NCBI GenBank assembly: GCA_963758295.1
Contig: CAVWUU010000001.1
Location: forward strand, 151,274-215,273
DNA length: 64,000 nt
Reading direction: 5' to 3'
DNA from: Candidatus Eremiobacteria bacterium
GTDB taxonomy: Bacteria; Vulcanimicrobiota; Vulcanimicrobiia; Vulcanimicrobiales; Vulcanimicrobiaceae
Both the position numbers and the translations under genes were made by a program. Under the pieces are notes generated by a model. It did not search any database. It was not told the DNA's origin and saw only the letters and a list, made by a program, of their open reading frames with translations. Positions 9,723 through 18,788 of this stretch are shown piece after piece (the stretch's first letter is position 1; the number at the start of each line of letters is the position of its first letter).

Positions 9723-10088
9723 CTAGAGCGAGACGGCCAGCTCGATCATTTCGAAGGGGAGCAAATCGGCGTTTTCGCGCACGAGCGAGCGCAAGCGCCG
9801 GCGTGGCAGCTCGGCGGCGATAGAAACGCCCAGGTTGTCGGCCGCGTCGAGCGCATCGGCAAGCGCGGCCACGAGCAATCCCCAAGTGCCGCCGGTGAGG
9901 GCAGCGCAGTACGCGGCGCACAGCGTGCCGATGGCGCGCTCGGCGGCCTGCGGTGCCATTGCCGTATGTTGGAAGAGCGTGCGAACGTCAGCGATGAATC
10001 GTTGCAACGCCGCCAAGCGATCTGCATCGAGGCCCGCACTTCGCGCGGTGATCTCGCCCCACACCGATGAATTCTTCTCCATACACAA
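9723..10088 (-). CDS. hypothetical helical protein, first gene of the cupredoxin operon
   Basis: 121-aa ORF co-directional with and 36 nt upstream of the cupredoxin gene. No recognisable motif. Coding is supported only by context and frame length. Confidence 0.45.
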   Translation of the reverse strand: MCMEKNSSVWGEITARSAGLDADRLAALQRFIADVRTLFQHTAMAPQAAERAIGTLCAAYCAALTGGTWGLLVAALADALDAADNLGVSIAAELPRRRLRSLVRENADLLPFEMIELAVSL

Positions 10089-10137
10089 GTTCTACCAAGC
10101 GATACCTGACAGGTAGTGTCAGGATTGGCAATCCTCC

Positions 10138-10176
10138 AAAAAGAAAAGCAGCGCCGCTCGTTTGGAGCGACGCTGC
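10138..10176 (-). terminator. rho-independent terminator after the aminotransferase gene
   Basis: Read on the minus strand: GCAGCGTCGCTC-CAAAC-GAGCGGCGCTGC (11/12 bp) followed by TTTTCTTTTT. It starts 25 nt after the stop at 10201. Confidence 0.8.
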
Positions 10177-10200
10177 CGTTCAAACTGTGACTTCTTGAGA

Positions 10201-11397
10201 CTAGCCCTTGAACTTCGGCAGCGCTTTCCCGATTTGTTCCAGTGCGTAATCGATGTCCGCCAGCGATGCCGCGTACGAGAAGCGCAGATACCCTTTACCG
10301 GCCGGGCCGAAGGACGAGCCGCCGCCGCACGCGACACCGGCCTCTTCCAGCAGGAAGCTCGCGAGGGCCTTATCGTCGTGCGTGATCTCCATCACGTTGG
10401 GGAACGCGTAGAACGCACCCTCCGGAAGCGTACATTTCATACCGGGGATGTTGTTCAAACCGGCAACGAGGCGGTCGCGGCGCTGGCGAAAGATTTCGTT
10501 CATCTCGCGCACGGGTTTATCGTCACCCGTGAGCGCGGCGATGCCTGCTTTCTGGACGAACGTGGCAACGCAGCTAAACGTGTTGTTGTTGAAGAGCGTC
10601 ACGATCTTGTTCAGCTCTTCGGGCATGATCGCGTAGCCGAGGCGCCAGCCCGTCATCGCATACGCCTTCGAGAAGCCGTCGACAATGATCGTGCGGTCTT
10701 GCATTCCGGGCAGCGACGCAATCGAAACGAACTCGGTGTCCAGGTAGAAGTTGCGGCTGTAGATTTCGTCTGCGATTACGAGGAAGTCGTGCTTTTGCGC
10801 GAGTTCCGCGATGCGCTCGAGATCTGAGCGAAGGAGCACGCCGCCTGTGGGATTGTGCGGCGAGTTGATGACGACCGCTTTGGTACGATCCGATACGCGG
10901 CCGGCCAATTCGTCGAGATCCATGCGCCAGTTGCGCTCTTCACGCAACGGGATGCGGATCACGTTCGCCTGCAAGTAGCTCGAGGCCGAACCGTAGGCGG
11001 GATACGCGGGATCGAAGTAGATGAAGTCGTCGCCCGGATTGAGGAGCGCGCTCAAGATGTTCCAGATCACCGGCTTCGCGCCCGGCGCGACGGTGACGTT
11101 GGCAGCCGTGTACGGCTTACGCATCTTGCGGAACGACGTAGCGTAATCAGCGATTACCTCGCGCAGCTCGATGATGCCGGCCGATGGCGTGTAATGCGTG
11201 TCGTGGCCCATGAGCGAGTCGATTGCCGCTCTCTTGATATGCTCGGGCGTATCGAAATCGGGTTCGCCGATCTCCATATGCACGACGCGACGTCCCGTCG
11301 CCTCGATTTCGCGTGCACGCGCAAGGACTTGAAATGCGTTCTCTGCACCTAATCGCGACACGGCGTCGGCGATGCGATTGTCGTGGACTGCGAGCAT
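10201..11397 (-). CDS. PLP-dependent aminotransferase, class I/II (aspartate aminotransferase-like)
   Basis: 398 aa with the PLP-lysine motif SKAYAMTGWRLGY. GAAGAGGAAG RBS lies upstream of the ATG. Confidence 0.9.
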   Translation of the reverse strand: MLAVHDNRIADAVSRLGAENAFQVLARAREIEATGRRVVHMEIGEPDFDTPEHIKRAAIDSLMGHDTHYTPSAGIIELREVIADYATSFRKMRKPYTAANVTVAPGAKPVIWNILSALLNPGDDFIYFDPAYPAYGSASSYLQANVIRIPLREERNWRMDLDELAGRVSDRTKAVVINSPHNPTGGVLLRSDLERIAELAQKHDFLVIADEIYSRNFYLDTEFVSIASLPGMQDRTIIVDGFSKAYAMTGWRLGYAIMPEELNKIVTLFNNNTFSCVATFVQKAGIAALTGDDKPVREMNEIFRQRRDRLVAGLNNIPGMKCTLPEGAFYAFPNVMEITHDDKALASFLLEEAGVACGGGSSFGPAGKGYLRFSYAASLADIDYALEQIGKALPKFKG

Positions 11398-11486
11398 CTA
11401 GGGCTTCCTCTTCTTTATCGTTTACTTGATGACTTAACGGAGTTTGCTTATCAAGGGGGCGCCTCATCAGCGGCGAACTCGGCGGC

Positions 11487-14400
11487 ATGCGTACCCTGTC
11501 GGAAGTTTTCGCACCAGGATCACCGACGCTGCCGGAGGGCCTCCGAACGCTCGTCGTTTCGCCCGACCGAGAGTTGGAACCTGGAATGACGGTGCGCGCA
11601 TCATTCACGTTTCGCAATCAAGGCGGCGCTCCGGCATCCGGCGTGCGCGTGCGTTTCAACATACCCGATGGGCTCGTCTACCTCGTTGGGACGGGCCAGC
11701 TTGACGGCGCCGATCTCGACGACGAACAGGGTAATTCGCCGTTGCTGGCTCGCGGCGGCGCGCAGATCGGCGACGTGGCGCCCGGCGAAGAACGTCGCAT
11801 CGAAATCTCCTACAGCGTAGCGGGAGCAATCGAGAACGGCACAACGATCGAGCTGCAGGCGGCAGTCGCCTCGTTCGAACTTCCACCCGTCGGTTCGAAT
11901 ATCGTCCGCTTGATCGCCCGGAGCCGCCCGCAGTTGCAAAATGCCATCACTGGAATTGCGATTGAGGGCCGTCAGAACGCGGCGCCCGGCGCGGAAGCGC
12001 AGATCACTTTGCGTTTGCATAACGCCGGCGAATCGAGCGCCCACGACGTGGTCGTGGTGGCACCGATTCCCGAACACACGCGGTACGTTCTAAACTCGGC
12101 GCGTGTAAACGGCCGTGAGATCGAACGCGATCTCGGCGTCCCGTTCGACCGCGTATATGCACCGGTCGTCGCGCAAACGCTTGCGGCCAGCGCAAGCGCA
12201 ACGTTGGTCTATCGGGTGCGGATCGACAACCCGCTGCGAAACGGCACGCCGATCGTGGCACATGCGCAGATCGCTTCGCAAGAAACGCCCGCTTTCGCGC
12301 TCGAGGCCGCGTCGCTGAACGTCGAATCAGCGCCCGACTTGAGCGACGAGCGCACGACCTTCACCATCGAGCCGTCGCACGACGTGCGTCCCGGAAGCCG
12401 CGTGTCGATGGTGTTTTCCGCGTATAACGCCGGCTCGGCCGCCGCGGAAAACGTCACGGTGACCCTTGAGCTGCCCGATGCCCTAACGCCGGTGCGCGGT
12501 TCGGTGCAAGTCGATGGACGCCCGGTTCGCGAACGCAAAAAAGACCAGCTTTCCCTTGATTTGGGCCGTCTCGACGCAGACGAACGCGTTGAGCTGCGTT
12601 GCGAAGCGACGGTCGTTTCTCCGCTGGCCGATGCATCAGCATTGCCCGTATCGGCATTGCTTGTGTGGCAGCCGTCGGAAAATGACTCGCAGCGGCGCTT
12701 CGACCGCAGCATCGCTGTGCGCTCGGAACCGGCGCTGCCCGTTCGCCGAAATACCATTTCACGCGCGCACGGCGAGATCGTGAAGCCGGGCGAAGAAGTG
12801 GAAGCGGCAATCGTCCTTTCGAACGACGGCAGTGCCGCTGCTACGGACGTCGTCTTACACTTGCGTCCCGATCCCGGGCTCGAAGACGTGCGGCTTTTCG
12901 AGAAGAACGCTCGCATCACGCTCGATGCGGACGCCGCAGAAATCGGCTCGCTCGAGCCGTACTCGCAGCGGCGTTTCACGATGCGCGCCCGCGTGCGCGT
13001 TCCGTATGCCGATCGCAGCGAACTGCGGACCGGAGCGAGCGTGCACAGCCGCGAGCTGGGCGAGACGCCGCTGGGCGAAACGACATGGCGTGTGGATTCG
13101 CATCCGGCGTTTTCGACGCAGAGTTCGCACGTGCAGCTCGAAAGCGAAGAAGTGCTGCGACCGAATCAACTCGCCGACGTTGCCGTTCGCGTGGTGAATG
13201 CCGGCAGCGACGTCGCACACAACGTACGCGTCCGTTTGTACGTATCCCCCGAAGCGCGCTTGGAAACGGTCGACGGTGCCACGCGAGAAAAATCGAAGCT
13301 CGTGTTCGGTGAGATCGCGCCCGGCGCGCGCGCCGAAGCGCGTCTGGGAGTGCGCCTTTTGCGCAGTCTTGCAAAAGAGTACCCGGTAACGATCGATGCC
13401 GTTCTAACGGCCGACGCGATGCTTCCGGTTCCGCTCGAACGTCTCACGATCGTGACGACTGCCGAGCCGGACTTCTCCGTTGGTACGTTGCGGAGCGAAC
13501 CGGTCGAGGTCGCCGACGCCGGTGAAACGATCGAGTGGACGTTGCACGTGCGCAACGGGGGCGACGGACCGGCGCGCCGCGTGCAGATCGCCGTTGCGCA
13601 GCCGGAATCGCTCATTTACGTGCCCAACTCTACGACCGTTAACGACGTCCCCATTCGCGACACCGGCGCGTTGACGCCGCTCGCGAGCGACCGCGGAATC
13701 GTTTTGAACGACGTCGATCCCAGCGTTGAGGCGACCATTCGGTGGCGCGACGTGATTCACAACGGCCTTGGTGCCGGCGAAGCGATCTCCCGCACCGCGC
13801 GCGTCTCGTACGACGGCGATCGCGAAGACGCACTCGTTTCAAATGAATTAAAAGTTCGCGCGACGCCCGTTTTCGCCAACGCGATTCCGGGTTTACCGTT
13901 CGGGCTCGACGGCATGATCGGCCCGTCGCTTGGCGGACAACGCGCATTGACCGAAGACCGGTTTTTGGAATTGCCGCCCGCGACGCCGGTGAACGGCGAA
14001 GGTGCAGTCCATCGCGAGTGGTTGCAGCAGCAAGATTTGCCGGTGCTCGAATCGGCGAGTAATGGCCGGCACGATACCGTTTCGCTTCACGACGAAGCGA
14101 TTGTTGAAGGCGCGCTCGTCCACGAAGGAGCGGGCGTTGCGATTTCCTTCACGAGCGAGCGGCTCACGCGCACGTTGCGGTACTTGGAGGAAGCGCGCTT
14201 TAACGGGTTGATCACGCATCTCTTTGCGATCCGGGCATTCTTTCCGGAGACGCTCGGCGACACGCATGCGGGGTCGGTTACCGCGATCCGCGAAATGCTG
14301 CGCGACGAGTTCGACCGGCTCTTCATTAAACTGCGCTTGCCGAACTACGTCATCGCCGCTCGCGATATTGAAACGCCGTCGCTGCGAGCGACCGTGGAAC

Positions 14401-14744
14401 GCTTCGTTCACGACGCTTCAACGGCGCGCGGGATCCCTGCGGATGTTCCGGGCGCCGCGGTGATCTTGCGCGGCACACTCGATGCCGGCGGGTTTGGCGA
14501 AATAGCCGATACGCTTTCCGAGGCGGAGCTAGCGTCGGCGCTGCCGTGGACGCTGCTCGCCCGTGCCTTGCCCGATGCGACGCCGCAGCTGGCGCATTAT
14601 CGGAAGATGCTCGTCGATCGATTGGACGGCCTCGTGGATGCGGAGTCCGCTGAGTTCGTGGATTCGCTGCAGCGCCGGCGCGATACCGCGCTCGACGCGG
14701 CGTTGGACGTCCTTCGCACGTCGCTCTATGCAAACGCCAGGTAA
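11487..14744 (+). CDS. large DUF11/CARDB-like repeat protein, paralog 1 (no signal peptide)
   Basis: 1085 aa. About six ~130-aa modules each carry an N-x-G-x3-A-x2-V-x-V signature, for example FRNQGGAPASGVRVRF, LHNAGESSAHDVVVVA, YNAGSAAAENVTVTL, LSNDGSAAATDVVLHL, VVNAGSDVAHNVRVRL and VRNGGDGPARRVQIAV. A ~250-aa helical C-terminal domain follows. The N-terminus is hydrophilic. Confidence 0.8.
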   Translation: MRTLSEVFAPGSPTLPEGLRTLVVSPDRELEPGMTVRASFTFRNQGGAPASGVRVRFNIPDGLVYLVGTGQLDGADLDDEQGNSPLLARGGAQIGDVAPGEERRIEISYSVAGAIENGTTIELQAAVASFELPPVGSNIVRLIARSRPQLQNAITGIAIEGRQNAAPGAEAQITLRLHNAGESSAHDVVVVAPIPEHTRYVLNSARVNGREIERDLGVPFDRVYAPVVAQTLAASASATLVYRVRIDNPLRNGTPIVAHAQIASQETPAFALEAASLNVESAPDLSDERTTFTIEPSHDVRPGSRVSMVFSAYNAGSAAAENVTVTLELPDALTPVRGSVQVDGRPVRERKKDQLSLDLGRLDADERVELRCEATVVSPLADASALPVSALLVWQPSENDSQRRFDRSIAVRSEPALPVRRNTISRAHGEIVKPGEEVEAAIVLSNDGSAAATDVVLHLRPDPGLEDVRLFEKNARITLDADAAEIGSLEPYSQRRFTMRARVRVPYADRSELRTGASVHSRELGETPLGETTWRVDSHPAFSTQSSHVQLESEEVLRPNQLADVAVRVVNAGSDVAHNVRVRLYVSPEARLETVDGATREKSKLVFGEIAPGARAEARLGVRLLRSLAKEYPVTIDAVLTADAMLPVPLERLTIVTTAEPDFSVGTLRSEPVEVADAGETIEWTLHVRNGGDGPARRVQIAVAQPESLIYVPNSTTVNDVPIRDTGALTPLASDRGIVLNDVDPSVEATIRWRDVIHNGLGAGEAISRTARVSYDGDREDALVSNELKVRATPVFANAIPGLPFGLDGMIGPSLGGQRALTEDRFLELPPATPVNGEGAVHREWLQQQDLPVLESASNGRHDTVSLHDEAIVEGALVHEGAGVAISFTSERLTRTLRYLEEARFNGLITHLFAIRAFFPETLGDTHAGSVTAIREMLRDEFDRLFIKLRLPNYVIAARDIETPSLRATVERFVHDASTARGIPADVPGAAVILRGTLDAGGFGEIADTLSEAELASALPWTLLARALPDATPQLAHYRKMLVDRLDGLVDAESAEFVDSLQRRRDTALDAALDVLRTSLYANAR

Positions 14745-14750
14745 CGCCTC

Positions 14751-15158
14751 TTGAACACAATCGTTATCATCCTGGTCGTGATCTTGCTCGCCGGTATCGC
14801 GGTAGGCGCGTATGCGTTCTTAGCGCCGCGCCGTGCCGAGCGCGACGACGAAGGCGCCAAAGGGACGCGCGAGCCCGCGCAGGCGGCGACCGGCTGGAGC
14901 GGTGAGACGGAAAACGAATTTGCGGGCCTATCGGAAGCCGCGCGTTGCGATCTCGTGTTCGCCGTTGCGACCTTGGAAGACGAACGTTCGCAGCAACTGC
15001 TCGTGCACGCGCTCGACGATCCCGCCGAAGCCGTCGCCCTTGCCGCGGCCCACGCGCTCGTTTCAAGCGGCCGCAGCAGCATCGTTGAATCGTTTCTCGC
15101 GCGTTCGCCCGGGCCTCGCGCCGAGCGCATCAGCGATACACTCGCGCTTCTTGACTGA
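14751..15158 (+). CDS. small single-pass membrane protein with HEAT-like C-terminal region, partner 1
   Basis: TTG start 7 nt after the paralog-1 stop. N-terminal TM helix NTIVIILVVILLAGIAVGAYAFL. The C-terminus LLVHALDDPAEAVALAAAHALVSSG resembles a HEAT/PBS-lyase-type repeat. Confidence 0.6.
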   Translation: MNTIVIILVVILLAGIAVGAYAFLAPRRAERDDEGAKGTREPAQAATGWSGETENEFAGLSEAARCDLVFAVATLEDERSQQLLVHALDDPAEAVALAAAHALVSSGRSSIVESFLARSPGPRAERISDTLALLD

Positions 15159-15211
15159 TTACAAACAGCGGGTCCCTAGGTTGCGCCTGGTCGGAGAGGG
15201 AAAGTAGCGGC

Positions 15212-18200
15212 GTGGCTTCCTCGCTGACCGGCATTTTTGCCCCGGGCTCTCCCGCTTTGCCGGAGACCCTTCGGACATTGATTCTGGAACCGGCGCGCAG
15301 CGTTGCGCCCGGTGATAACATTCGAGTCAGCTTTTCGTTTTCGAATCTCGGCGGTGCGCCGGCGACGGGCGTGCGCGTGCGCTTCGCGCAACCGCAAGGC
15401 GTCGTCCACGTTGGCGATGCCGACGTCGTGGACGACACTGCGCTCGCTGAGGGTTCCTTTGCGGATGCGAGCGGTGCGGCCATCGGCGATTTGGAACCCA
15501 ACGCGCAGCGCCGCCTCACGTGTACGTTCCGCGTCAACGATACGATCGAAGACGCCACGGAGCTGCAGTTTCAAGCCGCGCTCGCAACCGATCAGACGCC
15601 GCTTGTCGGCTCGAACGTGGCCCACGTCGTCGTTCGCAGCCGCCCCGAACTCCAGGGCAGCGGAACGCTCGCAACGATTTCGTCGCCGTCGGTCCCGAAG
15701 CCGGGCGATGCCATCACGGTTCGCGCGACTATTGTCAACTCGGGCTCGTCGAGCGCGCACGACGTAACTCTCGTCTTGCCGGCGCCGGAAAACACCAGTT
15801 ACGTATCGCGCAGCGCGCGCATCGACGGGCGCGTCGTCAAGAGCTCCAGCGGCGAGCCGTTCGATTACGATAGCGCGACAATCATCAGCGAACGCTTGAT
15901 GCCGGGCCAAGCCGTGCTCGTCGAGTATCAAGCGACGATCGATTCACCGCTGGCCGACGGCACGCGGATCAAAGCATCGGGAACCGTCGGCTCGCGTGAA
16001 CTTTCGGAATTCGCTATTTCATCGGCGGAGGTCGTCGTCACTTCGCCCGTCGACTTCGAAGGCGAAGAGAGCGGTTTGACGATTCTGTCGGACGACGTCG
16101 TAACGCCGGGGATGCGCGTCCCGATGGTCCTGCGCGCGATGAACACCGGGACCGGCATTGCGCAACGGCTGCAGTTTTCGTTCGATCTTCCCCAAGGATT
16201 GATTTACGCTCCAGGATCCGCGCACGTCGACGGCCAGCCCGTGAGCGACGACTCTATCCCGGGCCTGGTTTTCTCACTCGGCTCGCTCGCGGCGGGACGT
16301 ATGGTCGAAGCCGGTATCGCGGCGACGGTCGCGGTTCCCGCAAGCGGCGGCGCGACAGCGCTCCCCGTGCAGGGCACGCTGCGTTGGCGAAACGGTGAGC
16401 GGCGTTTCACGCGGCGCCTTTCCGTGCGTGTTGCACCGCGGTTCAGCCGCGCCCGCAATTTCGTCGAAGCGGATCGCGGCGTCGCGCAAGCGCGCGACGA
16501 AGTGAAGTTCACGGTTCACGTTTATAACGACGGTACCGCGCCCGAACAAGACGTGCGTTTGCGTTTGATTCCGGGTTTGCACCTCGGCGATTTGCGCATC
16601 GGGGAAGACTCCGAGGAATCCCAGGCGTACGATCAACCGCTCGCGCTCGGCCTTGTGGAACCGCACAACCAGCGAACGTTCACCGTTTACGCGCGCGTCG
16701 GCTCCCGTGTGCCGGATCGTTCGAACGTTGCGCTCGGCGTCATTCTGGAACACGCCGAAGGCGCCGTCGATCTGGGAACGGCTACGGTCGTCGTGCGCTC
16801 GCGGCCGGCCATCGAAAGCGTCGTCTGGGAACTCGCGTCGCACGAACCGCTCCGGCCCAATCGCACTATCGACGTGATCGTTCGCGTCGCGAACGGAGGC
16901 ACGGACGTTCTGCGCGACGCGCGCCTTTCGCTGACCCTTCCTCCGGAACTTGCAGTGGAACGCGCCGTCGACGCGCAGCGAGATCGTGAAGGCGTAGCGT
17001 TCCAAGACGTTCCCGCCGAATCAACGCATGAAGCGCGCATGACGTTACGGCTGCTTCGCGCCGTTGCGAGCACTCGCGTGCTTACGGTCGATGCGTGGCT
17101 GCACGGCAAAGGCATCAGCCCCGTTCAGCTCTCACCGCTCGAAGTGCCGGCATACGCGGAACCGCAATTCGCACAAAGCTCGCAAGTCTTGGCGATTCCA
17201 GCCGAACACGTGAACGCCGGTGAGCGGCTGTTCTATGAAATTCGCTTGCGCAACGACGGCGACGGCCCGGCAGAGCGTTTGGTGATACGCGTCGTGCCGA
17301 CGAATTTAGCGGTATACGTGCCGGCATCGACCACGCTCAACGGCATGCCGGTGAACGACGATTCGGGCGTTTCACAGTTGTGGTCGCAACGCGGACTCGT
17401 CCTAGCCGATGTCAATCCGAATGTCGAACTGCGCATCCGCTGGGAAACGATCGTAATGTCGCCGCTCGCGGCCGATACGCCGATCGATACGCGAGCCGTC
17501 TTCGAGTGGGATCAAGGCAAGACCCTCGCGCTGACCGCACCCACGGTTCGCGTTCAAGCGCAGCCTTCGCTCAGCGAATCGGCCGAAGGAACGCCCATTT
17601 CGATTGCGCGCGTCTTTTCCGCCGAGGGGCCCGTGTACGAAGCGGCGCCGCTGCCGCCCGAACCCGAACCGGTTCCCGAACCGCCGCAGCCGCCGGTGGA
17701 AGCCGCTCCGCCGCGCATGATTGCCGAGGTTATAGCGGCTGAAACGGTCGAGTTTCCCTCGGTGCTTCCGATGATCGGTGCTCCCGAACCGCCGCAAGCG
17801 GCGCAGGCCGTGCCCGTTCTCTACGCCGATTTCTCGCCGGACCGTCTCGACAACACGATTCGCATGATCGAACGCAGCAATGTCGGCGGACTTGTGCAGC
17901 ATCTTTTTGCAATGCGCATGCTGCTGTTCCCCGAACATGCGATCAATGCGTCGCCGCAGCTCAGCGGGTCGTTTGCGAACGCTAACCGGCTCTTACGCGC
18001 GCCGCTGGAAAAATTGTTCGTCCGTCTAGGTACGCCGCGCTTGCAAGTCAGCGGCAAGGACATCGAAGATCGTGAAAGCCGCGACGGGCTGCGCAACCTG
18101 ATCGACGATCTGTCACTTGCGCCGACGGCTTCGCCGCAGCCGCCCCCGCCGGGCGTCATTCGAATCGAAGGCGCGGTCGAACTTGACGTCGTGCAGTCGC

Positions 18201-18475
18201 TCGCGCTCTCGCTCGAATCGTTACCGCTCGGTGCCGTGGCGCCTTGGCTCATCAACGCGCAATTGCTCGGCACTTCAATTGTCTACGATCGAACGAAATC
18301 CGAAACGCTCGAAGCGTATCGGAGCGAGCTTTTGAACGTCTTTACGGTGCTGGCGGAATTACCGATCATGGAGTTTCACCGCGTGCTCACGACGAGCGTA
18401 AATCGCACGCTCGATGAGTCGCTCGCCGCGGTGCTCGAAGCACTGCGCGGCGCCGCGCACATTGCTGTCGAGTAA
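15212..18475 (+). CDS. large DUF11/CARDB-like repeat protein, paralog 2 (no signal peptide)
   Basis: 1087 aa with a GTG start after GGAGAGGGAAAG. It shares the N-terminal motif IFAPGSPALPETLRTL with paralog 1 (VFAPGSPTLPEGLRTL), the same six-module layout, a Pro-rich linker (PLPPEPEPVPEPPQPPVEAAPP) and the conserved helical C-terminal domain (GGLVQHLFAMRMLLFPE versus NGLITHLFAIRAFFPE). Confidence 0.8.
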   Translation: MASSLTGIFAPGSPALPETLRTLILEPARSVAPGDNIRVSFSFSNLGGAPATGVRVRFAQPQGVVHVGDADVVDDTALAEGSFADASGAAIGDLEPNAQRRLTCTFRVNDTIEDATELQFQAALATDQTPLVGSNVAHVVVRSRPELQGSGTLATISSPSVPKPGDAITVRATIVNSGSSSAHDVTLVLPAPENTSYVSRSARIDGRVVKSSSGEPFDYDSATIISERLMPGQAVLVEYQATIDSPLADGTRIKASGTVGSRELSEFAISSAEVVVTSPVDFEGEESGLTILSDDVVTPGMRVPMVLRAMNTGTGIAQRLQFSFDLPQGLIYAPGSAHVDGQPVSDDSIPGLVFSLGSLAAGRMVEAGIAATVAVPASGGATALPVQGTLRWRNGERRFTRRLSVRVAPRFSRARNFVEADRGVAQARDEVKFTVHVYNDGTAPEQDVRLRLIPGLHLGDLRIGEDSEESQAYDQPLALGLVEPHNQRTFTVYARVGSRVPDRSNVALGVILEHAEGAVDLGTATVVVRSRPAIESVVWELASHEPLRPNRTIDVIVRVANGGTDVLRDARLSLTLPPELAVERAVDAQRDREGVAFQDVPAESTHEARMTLRLLRAVASTRVLTVDAWLHGKGISPVQLSPLEVPAYAEPQFAQSSQVLAIPAEHVNAGERLFYEIRLRNDGDGPAERLVIRVVPTNLAVYVPASTTLNGMPVNDDSGVSQLWSQRGLVLADVNPNVELRIRWETIVMSPLAADTPIDTRAVFEWDQGKTLALTAPTVRVQAQPSLSESAEGTPISIARVFSAEGPVYEAAPLPPEPEPVPEPPQPPVEAAPPRMIAEVIAAETVEFPSVLPMIGAPEPPQAAQAVPVLYADFSPDRLDNTIRMIERSNVGGLVQHLFAMRMLLFPEHAINASPQLSGSFANANRLLRAPLEKLFVRLGTPRLQVSGKDIEDRESRDGLRNLIDDLSLAPTASPQPPPPGVIRIEGAVELDVVQSLALSLESLPLGAVAPWLINAQLLGTSIVYDRTKSETLEAYRSELLNVFTVLAELPIMEFHRVLTTSVNRTLDESLAAVLEALRGAAHIAVE

Positions 18476-18788
18476 TCCCGCACTCGGAATTTTCGCCGCA
18501 CTTTTTCTGCTCGGCGCGTTATTCTTTGCCGCCGGCACCTGGCTTGCTCGCCGCGAAAGAGTCGCGCCCGTTTCCTTGCCGGTGGCGCCGATCACCTGGA
18601 CGCAGGCCGTTGCCAATAGCGACGAAACTTTCGCGCCTCAATTGCGTCTGGATATGATCGAACGCCTCGCCATGGTCGGGCAAGAGTGGTGTGTCGAGGT
18701 GCTGCAGCGCGCGCGTATCGAAGAAACCGATCCCGCGATCGCCGACGCGATCGAACGCGCTCTCATCGTGATCGGCGCGCGCCGTTAG
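18462..18788 (+). CDS. small single-pass membrane protein with helical C-terminal region, partner 2
   Basis: Same position relative to paralog 2 as 14751-15158 has to paralog 1. TM helix ALGIFAALFLLGALFFAAGTWL, then the helical tail VEVLQRARIEETDPAIADAIERALIVIG. The start is uncertain: TTG 18462 places the TM helix at the N-terminus as in partner 1, and the alternative is ATG 18414. Confidence 0.5.
   Translation: MLSSNPALGIFAALFLLGALFFAAGTWLARRERVAPVSLPVAPITWTQAVANSDETFAPQLRLDMIERLAMVGQEWCVEVLQRARIEETDPAIADAIERALIVIGARR

Noticed and set aside
10105-10134. Two adjacent short hairpins (CCTGACA-GGTAG-TGTCAGG and GGATT-GGC-AATCC) upstream of the 121-aa ORF.
   Set aside because: They could be an operator or leader element, but they are short and unsupported by any recognisable promoter boxes. 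Noted only.
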